The translations under genes were made by a program, and so were the position numbers. Shown here in pieces: positions 47,844-57,005 of a stretch of DNA of 64,000 nt (position 1 is its first letter; every line of letters begins with the position of its first letter). The stretch comes from Dehalococcoidia bacterium (GTDB lineage Bacteria > Chloroflexota > Dehalococcoidia > Plut-88900), in contig OZ240219.1 in assembly GCA_965197645.1 (NCBI GenBank), positions 2,688,001-2,752,000 of the forward strand. The letters run 5' to 3'. A model generated the notes under the pieces. The model made no database searches. It saw only the letters and a list, made by a program, of their open reading frames with translations, and had not been told where the DNA came from.

Positions 47844-49559
47844 CTAGGTCTCGGTCTTGCGACGCTCGGAAGCCCTCAGATCGTCGGGATTGGGGCCCTG
47901 ATCAATTACCACGTCCACCACCGCGGGTTTCCCTGAAGCAACCGCCTCGCGTAAGGCGTCTGGCAGGTCTCTGGAATCCGTGACCTGGACTCCGTAGGCG
48001 CCCATGCCGCGGGCCATCTGCCCATGGTCGACCTGGATGAACTCGGAGGCGATGAGCCTGTCCGACTGGTGGTGCCGGACCATCCCCAGCCCCGAGTCGT
48101 TCAGCACTACGTAGACCACCGGTAGGTCGTACTGGAGAGCGGTGTTGATGGCGTGCACCGACATCATGAACCCGCCATCGCCGGTGACGCCTATGACAGG
48201 TCGGTCCGGATTGGCGAGCTTGATCCCCAGGGCTGCAGGCAAGCTCCATCCCATTCCCGCCAGTCCGCCGGGGCAGAAGAAGGTGTTCGCGCGCTGGGAC
48301 TGGTACAGGTGACACATCCACACCCGGTTGTTGCCAGCGTCCAGGGTGAACATGGTGGAGGGATCGACCGACTCCTGCATGGCCCGAACGAGCCGCTGGG
48401 GAAGCACCGGCGACGACTCCTGGGTAAGCTCCGGGTCGGCGTAGTAGGCAGCTCCTCGCTTCTTCTCCTGCAGGGCCCCTACACGAGCACTCACGTCCAC
48501 CGGCGATTGAGACAGCGCGTCTCCCGACGCATCGATTATCTGGCCCAGAATCTCCCTGGCATTCCCGATAAGTCCAACATCGATGGGGAAGGTCCAGCCG
48601 GCGTTACGTTCCTCGATGTCGATCTGGATAATGGTCTGCCGCTTGGGATCGAAGACGCCGGGGTTCTCGCCGACGGTGTCCTGTGTGGAGAGCTTAGCGC
48701 CCACTATCAGCAGCAGATCGGCCTCACCTACCACCTGGTTGGCCGCGTTCTGACCGAACACTCCCACCATGCCCAACGCCTGGGCATGGGTCTCGGCGAT
48801 GGCGCTCTTTCCCTTGTAGGAGGTGGCCACGCCCATGCCGTACATTTCGGCCAGATCCTGCACCTGGGAATGGGCCTTGGACAGATGCACGCCATTGCCT
48901 GCAATCAGCACCGGGCTCTTCGCCGACGCCAGCATCCCGACCACCTTCTCGATATCCTCCGGCCGGGCCACCGGGGGCGCCGTATTCAGATAGCCCCGCG
49001 TGGGGTGGATGAAGGGTGGAGACTCCAGGTCTACGTCGCCGATGAAGGAGGCGGTGCGCATGAGGACGGCAGCCGGCCCGGGTCTTCCGCTGGTAGCGTG
49101 CTTGATCGCCAGCTGGGTGCCGAGGGCAGCCTCCTTGGGATTAGCGGCCAGGGTCGTGTACTTGGTCATCGAGCGCAGGATGCTCAGCAGATCGATGCTG
49201 CCGTACTCTCCGACTCCCGATTGGTTGGCCGGATGCTGGCCCATCATCCAGTCGCTGGTATCGGTCAGCACGATCATCGGGGAGCTGCTGGCGAAAGCCT
49301 CCATGATACCGAAGGAGGCGTTGGACCCTATAAACACCCCCTGGCCCATCACCACGGCCGGTTTGCCCGTGGCCCTACCGTAAGCATCCGCCATGATGGC
49401 GGCGGCCTGCTCGTGTCGGGCCAGGACCGCCTTGACATTCTTGGACTTATCGAACAGCGCGTCGTAGATCTGTCCGGTGGAGCCGCCGGGAATACCGAAC
49501 ACGTACTCGACACCGGCCTCTTCCAGGATATCGGCGATTACGTGGCTGGAGTCCGCCAT
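47844..49559 (-). CDS. Thiamine pyrophosphate-dependent enzyme (acetolactate synthase-like)
   Basis: VFGIPGG, RHEQ, GDGG...NDS TPP motif. Confidence 0.93.
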   Translation of the reverse strand: MADSSHVIADILEEAGVEYVFGIPGGSTGQIYDALFDKSKNVKAVLARHEQAAAIMADAYGRATGKPAVVMGQGVFIGSNASFGIMEAFASSSPMIVLTDTSDWMMGQHPANQSGVGEYGSIDLLSILRSMTKYTTLAANPKEAALGTQLAIKHATSGRPGPAAVLMRTASFIGDVDLESPPFIHPTRGYLNTAPPVARPEDIEKVVGMLASAKSPVLIAGNGVHLSKAHSQVQDLAEMYGMGVATSYKGKSAIAETHAQALGMVGVFGQNAANQVVGEADLLLIVGAKLSTQDTVGENPGVFDPKRQTIIQIDIEERNAGWTFPIDVGLIGNAREILGQIIDASGDALSQSPVDVSARVGALQEKKRGAAYYADPELTQESSPVLPQRLVRAMQESVDPSTMFTLDAGNNRVWMCHLYQSQRANTFFCPGGLAGMGWSLPAALGIKLANPDRPVIGVTGDGGFMMSVHAINTALQYDLPVVYVVLNDSGLGMVRHHQSDRLIASEFIQVDHGQMARGMGAYGVQVTDSRDLPDALREAVASGKPAVVDVVIDQGPNPDDLRASERRKTET

Positions 49560-49732
49560 ATCATCCTCCTACATACTGCAGCAAATCGAAACTTGCCATC
49601 TTATGTCAACGTGAGTGTCATCTGCCAGGGAAACCTGTCAATCCTAGCACGAGCAGGCCCGGTGAGAGAACAGGCTGGAGCACATCTCTTCAAGGTGCTA
49701 TCTGACCTTGCCCAAAAAGTTGGAACGTCTCA

Positions 49733-49876
49733 GTCCCAACCATCCACCCTCAGACGGTTTTTGTGGGGGACACATCCCACATACCCCCCGGTTGGAAACG
49801 GAGATTCTGACGTTAGTAATCGGTTGCATAACCGAACTCAGGCCGTCCTTAGGAAGAAAAACCCTCTGGACTCCCT
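49733..49876 (+). repeat. Degenerate second copy of the MITE internal sequence
   Basis: Shares GTCCCA..C..CC.CCCTC.GACG.TTT, TGGGGGA...CCCCC and CCCT.TGGACTCCCT with 47684-47826, with about 60 nt inserted. Confidence 0.6.
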
Positions 49877-49908
49877 CAACGCCGGCCCACCCCAGTCATC
49901 TTGGCGTC

Positions 49909-49937
49909 TTGACACCCAGCTTAGTCGGGCATACGCT
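49909..49937 (+). promoter_or_regulatory. Promoter of the deacetylase gene
   Basis: TTGACA-N17-TACGCT. Confidence 0.6.
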
Positions 49938-49967
49938 CAGTTCCACAACTCTCCTTGGGAGGTCCCC

Positions 49968-50777
49968 ATGGCACAAACATACTCCAGCGACAATAAATTC
50001 CTAGTTTCCCTCGGATTCGACGTGGATGGGGTCACCTGGTGGGTGGAAAGCCCCGAGCACATGCGCCGGCCCTCCCTGGTATCGATGAGCGAGTACGGTA
50101 CCAGGGCCGCCGTGCCCAGAATCCTCTCGGTGCTGGACGAGTACGACATCAAGGCCAGCTTCTACATTCCGGGCTACATCGTCGACAACTACGAAGAGAT
50201 GACCAGGGATATCTTCAGGGCCGGCCACGAGATCGGTCACCATGGCTACAACCACGAGTCCCCCTCGGGCCTGGACCGGGAGACTGAGCTGGACGTGCTC
50301 AAACGGGGCATCGCCAGCATCGAGAGGGTCACAGGCGAGAGACCCCAGGGCTACCGGGCCCCTTCATGGGAGCTCAGCGAAAACACCCTGCCTTTGCTGG
50401 CTTCCCTGGGGTTCAGGTACGACAGCAGCATGATGGATGAGGACATGCCCTACGAGCTGGACACCGACTCGGGCAAGCTGTTGGAGATGCCCATAACCTG
50501 GATCCTGGACGATTTCCCCTTCCTAGGTTACATACCCGGTGCAACCGATGCCTCGACCATGGCAAGCCCCGATCAGGTCTACAACGTCTGGGCCAGCGAG
50601 TTCGAAGGCGCCTACAGGTTCACCGGGTACTTCGTCTTGACCATGCATCCCCAGGTGATAGGACGGCCCGGCAGAATGCTGATGCTGGAGCGCCTGATCA
50701 AGCATATGCGCTCTTTTCCCCACGTGGAGTTTGTGAGAAGCATCGATCTGCTAGAGGCCTGGCAGGCTAGACGCTAG
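49968..50777 (+). CDS. Polysaccharide deacetylase family protein (PuuE/HpPgdA-like)
   Basis: FDVD, HEIGHHGYNH, GYRAPSW, YDSS, TMHPQVIGRP; GGAGG RBS (the 874-aa ORF call is an over-extension). Confidence 0.92.
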   Translation: MAQTYSSDNKFLVSLGFDVDGVTWWVESPEHMRRPSLVSMSEYGTRAAVPRILSVLDEYDIKASFYIPGYIVDNYEEMTRDIFRAGHEIGHHGYNHESPSGLDRETELDVLKRGIASIERVTGERPQGYRAPSWELSENTLPLLASLGFRYDSSMMDEDMPYELDTDSGKLLEMPITWILDDFPFLGYIPGATDASTMASPDQVYNVWASEFEGAYRFTGYFVLTMHPQVIGRPGRMLMLERLIKHMRSFPHVEFVRSIDLLEAWQARR

Positions 50778-52030
50778 CTCGACTCCTGGCTGCAAACGTC
50801 CAGGGCTGTGAGGGCCAGCACCCTGGCGCACGTGGTCATTTCGCTGATGGAGATGTAGAACTCGTCTTCGTCCTCCGACGGAACGCCGAAGCCGCCGGCA
50901 GGTCCGTATAAGACGCAGGGGATGCCGGCCTCCCACATGTGGCTGGTATCGCCCGCAGAGTAGGCGAAGGGCAGGATAGCCCCAACGCCCTCGGGGGCCT
51001 CGCCGGTGACCTCCTCGTGGTGCCTAGCCACCGACTGGACGACGTATTCATCCGTCGGCACGTCTATGGGGGGCATGACCAGCCGCCTACGGCCCTTGAA
51101 GAAATCGGGCGGCGGTATCTCGATGTCGTAGCTCAGCTCCGGGTCCTCGGCCTTCAGCCGGTCAAGCGCCCTTCTGACATCGGCTACGATGCTTTCGACG
51201 GTCTGGCCCGGAAGGAAGTGGACGTCGACCATGATGGTGCACAGGTCGGGCACGTAGGGAGGCTCGTTCAGCACGTAGCCTTCGCCGCGACCGCCTATGA
51301 TGCTGCCCACGTTCAGCCTGGGCATTGCGGGCATGTCGTCACGGGGTGTGAAGGTGAACCGTACATCGTTCAGAGCCTGGACCACCTTCGCCATCTTTTG
51401 GACCGCGTTCACGGCCTCTTCCGCCATACTGATATGGCCCGTGATGCCGTAGGTATGTATTGCCATGTGCAGAATGCCGCTGTGAACGGTGGCCACTTTG
51501 CCGATGCCCGTCGGCTCGGGGAACACGGCCATGTCGGGCCTGGGGCCGTTCTGCACCAGGTGATATGTGCCCTCTCCACCCTGGGTCTCTCCCACGACGC
51601 AGGCGACGATCAGGTCTCCCTTTAGCCGCACATCCGACCGGCGCACCGCCTCCGCGGCCGCGATGAGGCTAGCGAGACCTCCCTTCATGTTCTCGACGCC
51701 TTGGCCATACAGCCGGTCGCCCTCCACCACCGGCGTCCACGGGTCCCGGGTCCACTGGCGGGGTAGGGAGTTGATATCGGTGTGGCCGTTGAGCATCAGG
51801 GACTTGCCGCCTCCCGAACCTTTCAGGGTGGCGATGGCCTGCAGGCGGCCCGCCTCCACCTCCTGGAGCTCCACTTCGTAGCCCCGCTCTCGAAAGTATC
51901 CGTCGAGGAACTCGGCGACGGGGGTCTCTTCCGTCTTGAAGCTGGGAATCTCTATGAGACGGAAGGCCAGGTCGATCATCGCCTGTTGGTCTACTCCGTC
52001 GAGAACGCTCTGTTTCGTCGGTTCGTCCAT
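50774..52030 (-). CDS. M20 (ArgE/DapE-family) metallo-hydrolase
   Basis: LNGHTD, GQGVENMKGG, VGET, FPEP. Confidence 0.9.
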   Translation of the reverse strand: MDEPTKQSVLDGVDQQAMIDLAFRLIEIPSFKTEETPVAEFLDGYFRERGYEVELQEVEAGRLQAIATLKGSGGGKSLMLNGHTDINSLPRQWTRDPWTPVVEGDRLYGQGVENMKGGLASLIAAAEAVRRSDVRLKGDLIVACVVGETQGGEGTYHLVQNGPRPDMAVFPEPTGIGKVATVHSGILHMAIHTYGITGHISMAEEAVNAVQKMAKVVQALNDVRFTFTPRDDMPAMPRLNVGSIIGGRGEGYVLNEPPYVPDLCTIMVDVHFLPGQTVESIVADVRRALDRLKAEDPELSYDIEIPPPDFFKGRRRLVMPPIDVPTDEYVVQSVARHHEEVTGEAPEGVGAILPFAYSAGDTSHMWEAGIPCVLYGPAGGFGVPSEDEDEFYISISEMTTCARVLALTALDVCSQESS

Positions 52031-52219
52031 CGGGACACCTCGCTTGGGTTGATAGTCTCGATCGACATTTTACTCCATCTCGGCAGTCACCCACGTTGTC
52101 AACGGAAACAGGCCGTTATGTTGAATGTCGGAAACGACGTTCACCGTCGTCTTGCACCCGCGTTGACCGGATAACATACCCTGGATATACTTGCCGCATC
52201 CTGCCATGGGAGGGGATGT

Positions 52220-53143
52220 ATGGCTAGAGCGAAAGTAGACTGGCACGGCTCCTTTGCAGTTATCGTAACCCCCTTTACCGAAGACGGTGACATCGATGAA
52301 GCCGGCTATCGAAAGGTGGTCGATCTGGTGATCGAGGCCGGGTGCCACGGCATCATCTCGGCCGGCAGCACGGGCGAGTTCTTCCTTATGACCCACGACG
52401 AGCGAAAACGGGTCTTTTCCATCGCCGTGGACGAGTCCGCCGGCCGCATACCGGTGCTGGCCGGCACCTCGGCCACCCGCACCTCCGATATCATCGATAT
52501 GAACCGCTCGGCCCTGGAGATAGGCTGTGCCGGGGCGATGATTCTGCCTCCTATCTACATCGGCATCGAAGAGCGGGAACTGCTTACCTACTATCGAAGC
52601 ATCGCCGAGAGCTCGGACCTCCCCATCATGCTCTACAACAGCCCCGAAGCCGTAAGCAACTATCTCAGGCCTCACGTAGTCCGGGAGCTTATGGACCTGG
52701 ACACCGTTGTGGCTATCAAGGACTCCTCCCTCGATCTGCGCCAGCTCAACGATTTGGTGAGGTTCTGCGGCGACGAGATCCGTATTTTCATCGGTCTCGA
52801 GGACCTGCTGCTTTCCGCCCTGGCGGTAGGTGCCGTGGGGGCGGTGGCAATGATGCCCCAGGTGATCGGCCGCATCGCCGTCGACCTGTACGAGCTGGCG
52901 GCAGCCGGCGACTGGGAGGCCGCGAGGAAGGTCCACGACAAGATGGTCCGCACCTACGACCTGTTCAACGTCGGCAGCGGCTACATCGCTATCAAGGAGT
53001 CCATGAACCTGCTTGGCAAGCCGGGAGGCTTCTCCAGACCGCCAATGCTGATGTTCACCGACGAACAGAAGGCCCAACTGCGAGAGATTCTCGAAGACGT
53101 GGGACTGCTGGGCCCCTCCGCCGTAAAGGCAGCCGCTTCTTAA
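52220..53143 (+). CDS. DapA/NanA-family Schiff-base lyase
   Basis: IVTPF, GSTGE, MLYN, AIKDS. Confidence 0.92.
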   Translation: MARAKVDWHGSFAVIVTPFTEDGDIDEAGYRKVVDLVIEAGCHGIISAGSTGEFFLMTHDERKRVFSIAVDESAGRIPVLAGTSATRTSDIIDMNRSALEIGCAGAMILPPIYIGIEERELLTYYRSIAESSDLPIMLYNSPEAVSNYLRPHVVRELMDLDTVVAIKDSSLDLRQLNDLVRFCGDEIRIFIGLEDLLLSALAVGAVGAVAMMPQVIGRIAVDLYELAAAGDWEAARKVHDKMVRTYDLFNVGSGYIAIKESMNLLGKPGGFSRPPMLMFTDEQKAQLREILEDVGLLGPSAVKAAAS

Positions 53144-53159
53144 GGGCTGGACCGTACCC

Positions 53160-54239
53160 ATGGCCGACACACCCGAAACCCGTACAGCCCATCCCTATCA
53201 TATGCACGATTCCATCTCCGACCAACCCGAGGCAATCGCACGGGTGCTGGGGAGCCAGAGCGACGCAGCCCAGGAGTTGGCCAATCGGATATCGATGGCT
53301 GACCGGGTCCACCTAGTCGGCATCGGGACCTCCTGGCACGCCTCGCTGATCGGAGAGCACCTGTTGAGGGAGGTTGGCGATCAACGGGATGCCCGGGCCT
53401 GGAACTCGTTCGAGTTCCGCGCATATCCCCCCACCCTCACCGACCGGGACCTGGTCATCGTCATGGCTCACACGGGCACTACCACCTACTCCAACGAGTC
53501 CCTGGCCTACGCTCGAGAGTCGGGGGCCGTGACGGCCCTGGTAACCGGGCTGGACTCCAAGGCGGACTTGGCCCTCGCCGACGTTGTGCTGCGCACCAGC
53601 TACGGAGAGAGGTCGGCCGCCTATACCGTTAGCCATACAGCGGCGATGACTGCTCTAGCCATGGTTGCTGCCAGGCTGTCGGGTGACGCGGAAGTGCTTT
53701 CGGACCTTGAGAAGCTGCCTTCGCTGGTCGAATCGGCCCTCGCACTGGAACCGGAAGTCCAGCAGGTGGCCAGGAAGTATGACGATATGCGTTGGTACGC
53801 ATTCGCGGGTCCCGGCGCCAACGCTGTCACCGCCTACGAGATAGCCCTCAAGATCAACGAGGCGGCCTACGCCATAACCACGGCATACCAGTTGGAACAG
53901 TACCTCCACGGCCCCTTCGTAGCCACTACGGAAGGATGTCTGGTAACCCTGGTCACACCGCCCGGTCCCGGCGTCGATCGGTCCAACGAGATAGCCAAGG
54001 CGGTGAAGGAGACGGGGGCCGAGCTACTGGTAGTCCAGGAGTACGGGCCCGGCGAAATAGAAGCGGCGGATGCGCGACTGAAGCTGCTCCCAACACCCGA
54101 CTTTCTTACACCCATCGTCTATCTCGTCCCGCTGCAGCTGTTGACCTACTGGCTGGCCGTGGAGCGGGGCCACAACCCCGATACGTTTAGAATGGACTAC
54201 GCCACCCACGACGCCGCCCTCAAGCATACCGTCCTCTAA
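53160..54239 (+). CDS. Double SIS-domain sugar-phosphate isomerase/deaminase
   Basis: DQPE, GIGTS, EIALKINE, HGP, PLQLL. Confidence 0.9.
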   Translation: MADTPETRTAHPYHMHDSISDQPEAIARVLGSQSDAAQELANRISMADRVHLVGIGTSWHASLIGEHLLREVGDQRDARAWNSFEFRAYPPTLTDRDLVIVMAHTGTTTYSNESLAYARESGAVTALVTGLDSKADLALADVVLRTSYGERSAAYTVSHTAAMTALAMVAARLSGDAEVLSDLEKLPSLVESALALEPEVQQVARKYDDMRWYAFAGPGANAVTAYEIALKINEAAYAITTAYQLEQYLHGPFVATTEGCLVTLVTPPGPGVDRSNEIAKAVKETGAELLVVQEYGPGEIEAADARLKLLPTPDFLTPIVYLVPLQLLTYWLAVERGHNPDTFRMDYATHDAALKHTVL

Positions 54240-54248
54240 CCCCAAGCT

Positions 54249-56840
54249 ATGCCAGGCACAGCCACAGTACCACCGCTGGCTCCCTATCGAGTACTAGACC
54301 TCACCGAGGGAGGCGTCAACTGGTGCGGCAGGGTCCTGGCGGACCTCGGCGCCGACGTAATCAAGGTCGAACCTCCGGGAGGCAGCCCAACCAGGCGCAC
54401 CGGTCCCTTCTACGGCGGGAAACCCGATTCGGAGCGAAGCCTCTTCTGGTACGCCTACTGCCTCAACAAGCGAAGCCTCACCATGAACCTGGAAAGCCGG
54501 GACGGACAGGAGGTGTTCAAGAAGCTGGCCGCCACCGCAGACATAGTCCTGGAGTCCTTCACACCGGGATACATGGCTGATCTAGGGTTGGGCTACGGCG
54601 ACCTCAGCAGCATCAACCAGGGACTGGTCATGACCTCCGTAACACCCTTCGGGCAGACGGGGCCCTACTCTCAATACAAGGCCACCGATATCGTAACCTG
54701 GGCCATGGGCGGCATGGAGTACCTCACCGGCGATAGAGACCGTCCTCCGGTGCGAATCAGCTACCCCCAATCCCAGTTTCACGCCGGTGGTCAAGCCGCC
54801 GCCGGCTCGATGATCGCTCTCTGGCACCGCAACAACACGGGCGAGGGACAGCACGTCGATGTCCCCATAGAAGTTGCCGTCATCTGGACTCTCATGGATG
54901 CCAGCCCCTATCCTCCCCTCCACAAGGTCAACATGGAGCGGGCGGGCATCTACAACTACTTCAAGAACGTCGATATGCGCTCAGCGTTTCCCTGCAAGGA
55001 CGGTTACGTCAGCGCCAGCATCTGGGAAGGTTCGACCTTGGCTGCCCTCGTCCAATGGATGGACGGAGAAGGAGTGCTGCCGGATCGACTGCGGGGCATG
55101 GACCCTCTTTCCTGGGACCTCTCCGATCAGGTCGAAAAGGGGGAAGACGTAGCCACCTTTGTCGGCAGCATCGAAGGGGACGTGATCGATTTCTTCGCCG
55201 ACAAGACCAAGGCCGAGCTGTTCGACCGGGCGATAGAGAACCGTATGCTGCTGACCCCTTGCAATACCGTCGAAGACGTCGCTGAGGACGTCCAGCTGAA
55301 GGCCCGGGACTTCTGGCTAGACGTCTATCACCCGGAGCTGGGCGCCAACGTGACCCATCTGGGTCCCTACATCAAGCTGGGAGAGACGCCACTCCAGATA
55401 CGGCGACGGGCGCCCCTCATCGGCGAGCATAACATCGAAATATATTCCGATGAGATGGGCCTACCCGTCGAGCAGATACGTCATGCCACCAGGCCTTCGC
55501 CACCATCCCAGGTTTCCGGAACGCGCTCTCGGCGCAGGAAGGCCGACATCCCCGTGCCAGGTGGCGCCACCGCCGGCGTTTCCAGGGCCTTCGAAGGAAT
55601 CAAGGTGCTGGACTTCACCTGGATCGGTGTTGGGCCGGTGACCATCAAGTACATGGCTGACCATGGGGCCACCGTCGTACACGTAGAATCGGTAACCCGA
55701 CCGGACGGGCTGCGCACCGCTCCTCCGTACAAAGACGGTAAGCGAGGCATCAACCGAAGCCAGTTTGCCGGCAACTTCAACTCCAACAAGCTCGGCCTGG
55801 GCTTGAACATGGCCAAGCCGGAGGCCCAGGAGCTCATCAGAAAGCTGGTGGCGGATTGGCAGCCGGACGTCGTCGCAGACACCTTTACGCCCCGGGTCAT
55901 GAAGAACTGGGGGTTGGACTACGAAAGCCTGAAGAAGATCAAGCCGGATATCATCTGCTTCAGCGCCTGCCAGCAGGGCCAGACCGGCCCTCATCGCAAG
56001 TTCGCCGGCTTTGGCATGCAAGCGGCGGCCATGGCCGGGTTCTATCACGTCACCGGCTGGCCTGACCGGGAGCTCTCCGTACCCTATGGCGCCTACTCCG
56101 ATTTCATCAATCCCCCCAACGGCATCTCAGCGATCTGCGCCGCACTGGACTACAAGAGACGGACCGGCAAGGGCCAGCGTATCGACCTGTCCCAATTCGA
56201 GTGCTCCACCCACTACCTGGCACCGCCGATAATGGACTACCTGCTCACCGGTAACATTCTCGGTCGAAATGGAAACCGGGACGAGGTGTACTGCCCTCAC
56301 GGCGCCTACCCGTGCAGAGATAAAGAGTTTTCCTTTGACGGTCAGAAGGTAGCCAAGATAGGCGGGGCTTGGTGCGCTATATCGATTACCTCCGATGAGG
56401 AGTGGCAGGCGCTCTGCGACGCCATGGACAACCCGGCCTGGACCACGGATTCTCGCTTCTCCTCCTTTCTCAATCGCAAGAAGAACGAGGACGAGCTAAA
56501 CCGGCTGATCGGCGAATGGACGGCCAACTACGAGGCCCGGCCTTTGATGGAGATGCTCCAGGAGGCCGGGGTGCCCGCCGGGGTGGTACAGAGCCAATCG
56601 GAGCTGTGGGAAGATCCCCAGCTAAAGCATAGGGAGTATTTCCAGTGGCTCGACCACACCGAGTGCGGCCCCATGCCCTACGATGGCCTCCAGTTCCACA
56701 TGTCCAAGACCCCCGGCAGGCTGCTGAAAGCCCAGGCCCTCATCGGCGAGCACAACGATATGATACTGAAGGAGTTCGCCGGTCTGTCCGACGACGAGAT
56801 AGCTCAGCTCATCATCGACGAGGTGCTGGAGACCTCTTGA
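54249..56840 (+). CDS. Class III CoA-transferase, two fused CaiB/BaiF domains
   Basis: Two copies of VLD(L/F)T...(L/M)AD.GA.V..VE...N.(N)K...GQTGP. Confidence 0.93.
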   Translation: MPGTATVPPLAPYRVLDLTEGGVNWCGRVLADLGADVIKVEPPGGSPTRRTGPFYGGKPDSERSLFWYAYCLNKRSLTMNLESRDGQEVFKKLAATADIVLESFTPGYMADLGLGYGDLSSINQGLVMTSVTPFGQTGPYSQYKATDIVTWAMGGMEYLTGDRDRPPVRISYPQSQFHAGGQAAAGSMIALWHRNNTGEGQHVDVPIEVAVIWTLMDASPYPPLHKVNMERAGIYNYFKNVDMRSAFPCKDGYVSASIWEGSTLAALVQWMDGEGVLPDRLRGMDPLSWDLSDQVEKGEDVATFVGSIEGDVIDFFADKTKAELFDRAIENRMLLTPCNTVEDVAEDVQLKARDFWLDVYHPELGANVTHLGPYIKLGETPLQIRRRAPLIGEHNIEIYSDEMGLPVEQIRHATRPSPPSQVSGTRSRRRKADIPVPGGATAGVSRAFEGIKVLDFTWIGVGPVTIKYMADHGATVVHVESVTRPDGLRTAPPYKDGKRGINRSQFAGNFNSNKLGLGLNMAKPEAQELIRKLVADWQPDVVADTFTPRVMKNWGLDYESLKKIKPDIICFSACQQGQTGPHRKFAGFGMQAAAMAGFYHVTGWPDRELSVPYGAYSDFINPPNGISAICAALDYKRRTGKGQRIDLSQFECSTHYLAPPIMDYLLTGNILGRNGNRDEVYCPHGAYPCRDKEFSFDGQKVAKIGGAWCAISITSDEEWQALCDAMDNPAWTTDSRFSSFLNRKKNEDELNRLIGEWTANYEARPLMEMLQEAGVPAGVVQSQSELWEDPQLKHREYFQWLDHTECGPMPYDGLQFHMSKTPGRLLKAQALIGEHNDMILKEFAGLSDDEIAQLIIDEVLETS

Positions 56841-57005
56841 GACCAGCCCCCTCGTCCATGCCGCATCCCCTTCTACCGGGACATCCGCGGCGGCAACAGA
56901 GCAACCACCCATACGCCATAACCTAAAGCGAGACGACCAGGGAAGAGGACGGGCGGATAGTAGTACAATAGTCGTCGCTTCGGAGTACCAAAGCAAGGAC
57001 CACAG

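Noticed and set aside
48153-49967. 874-aa ORF suggesting a large fusion with the deacetylase
   Set aside because: The N-terminal 605 codons are antisense to the TPP enzyme and intergenic DNA; own promoter, RBS and ATG at 49968
56841-57005. Possible ZTP or THF riboswitch upstream of fhs
   Set aside because: No recognisable consensus; a TACAAT -10 about 40 nt before the start leaves too short a leader
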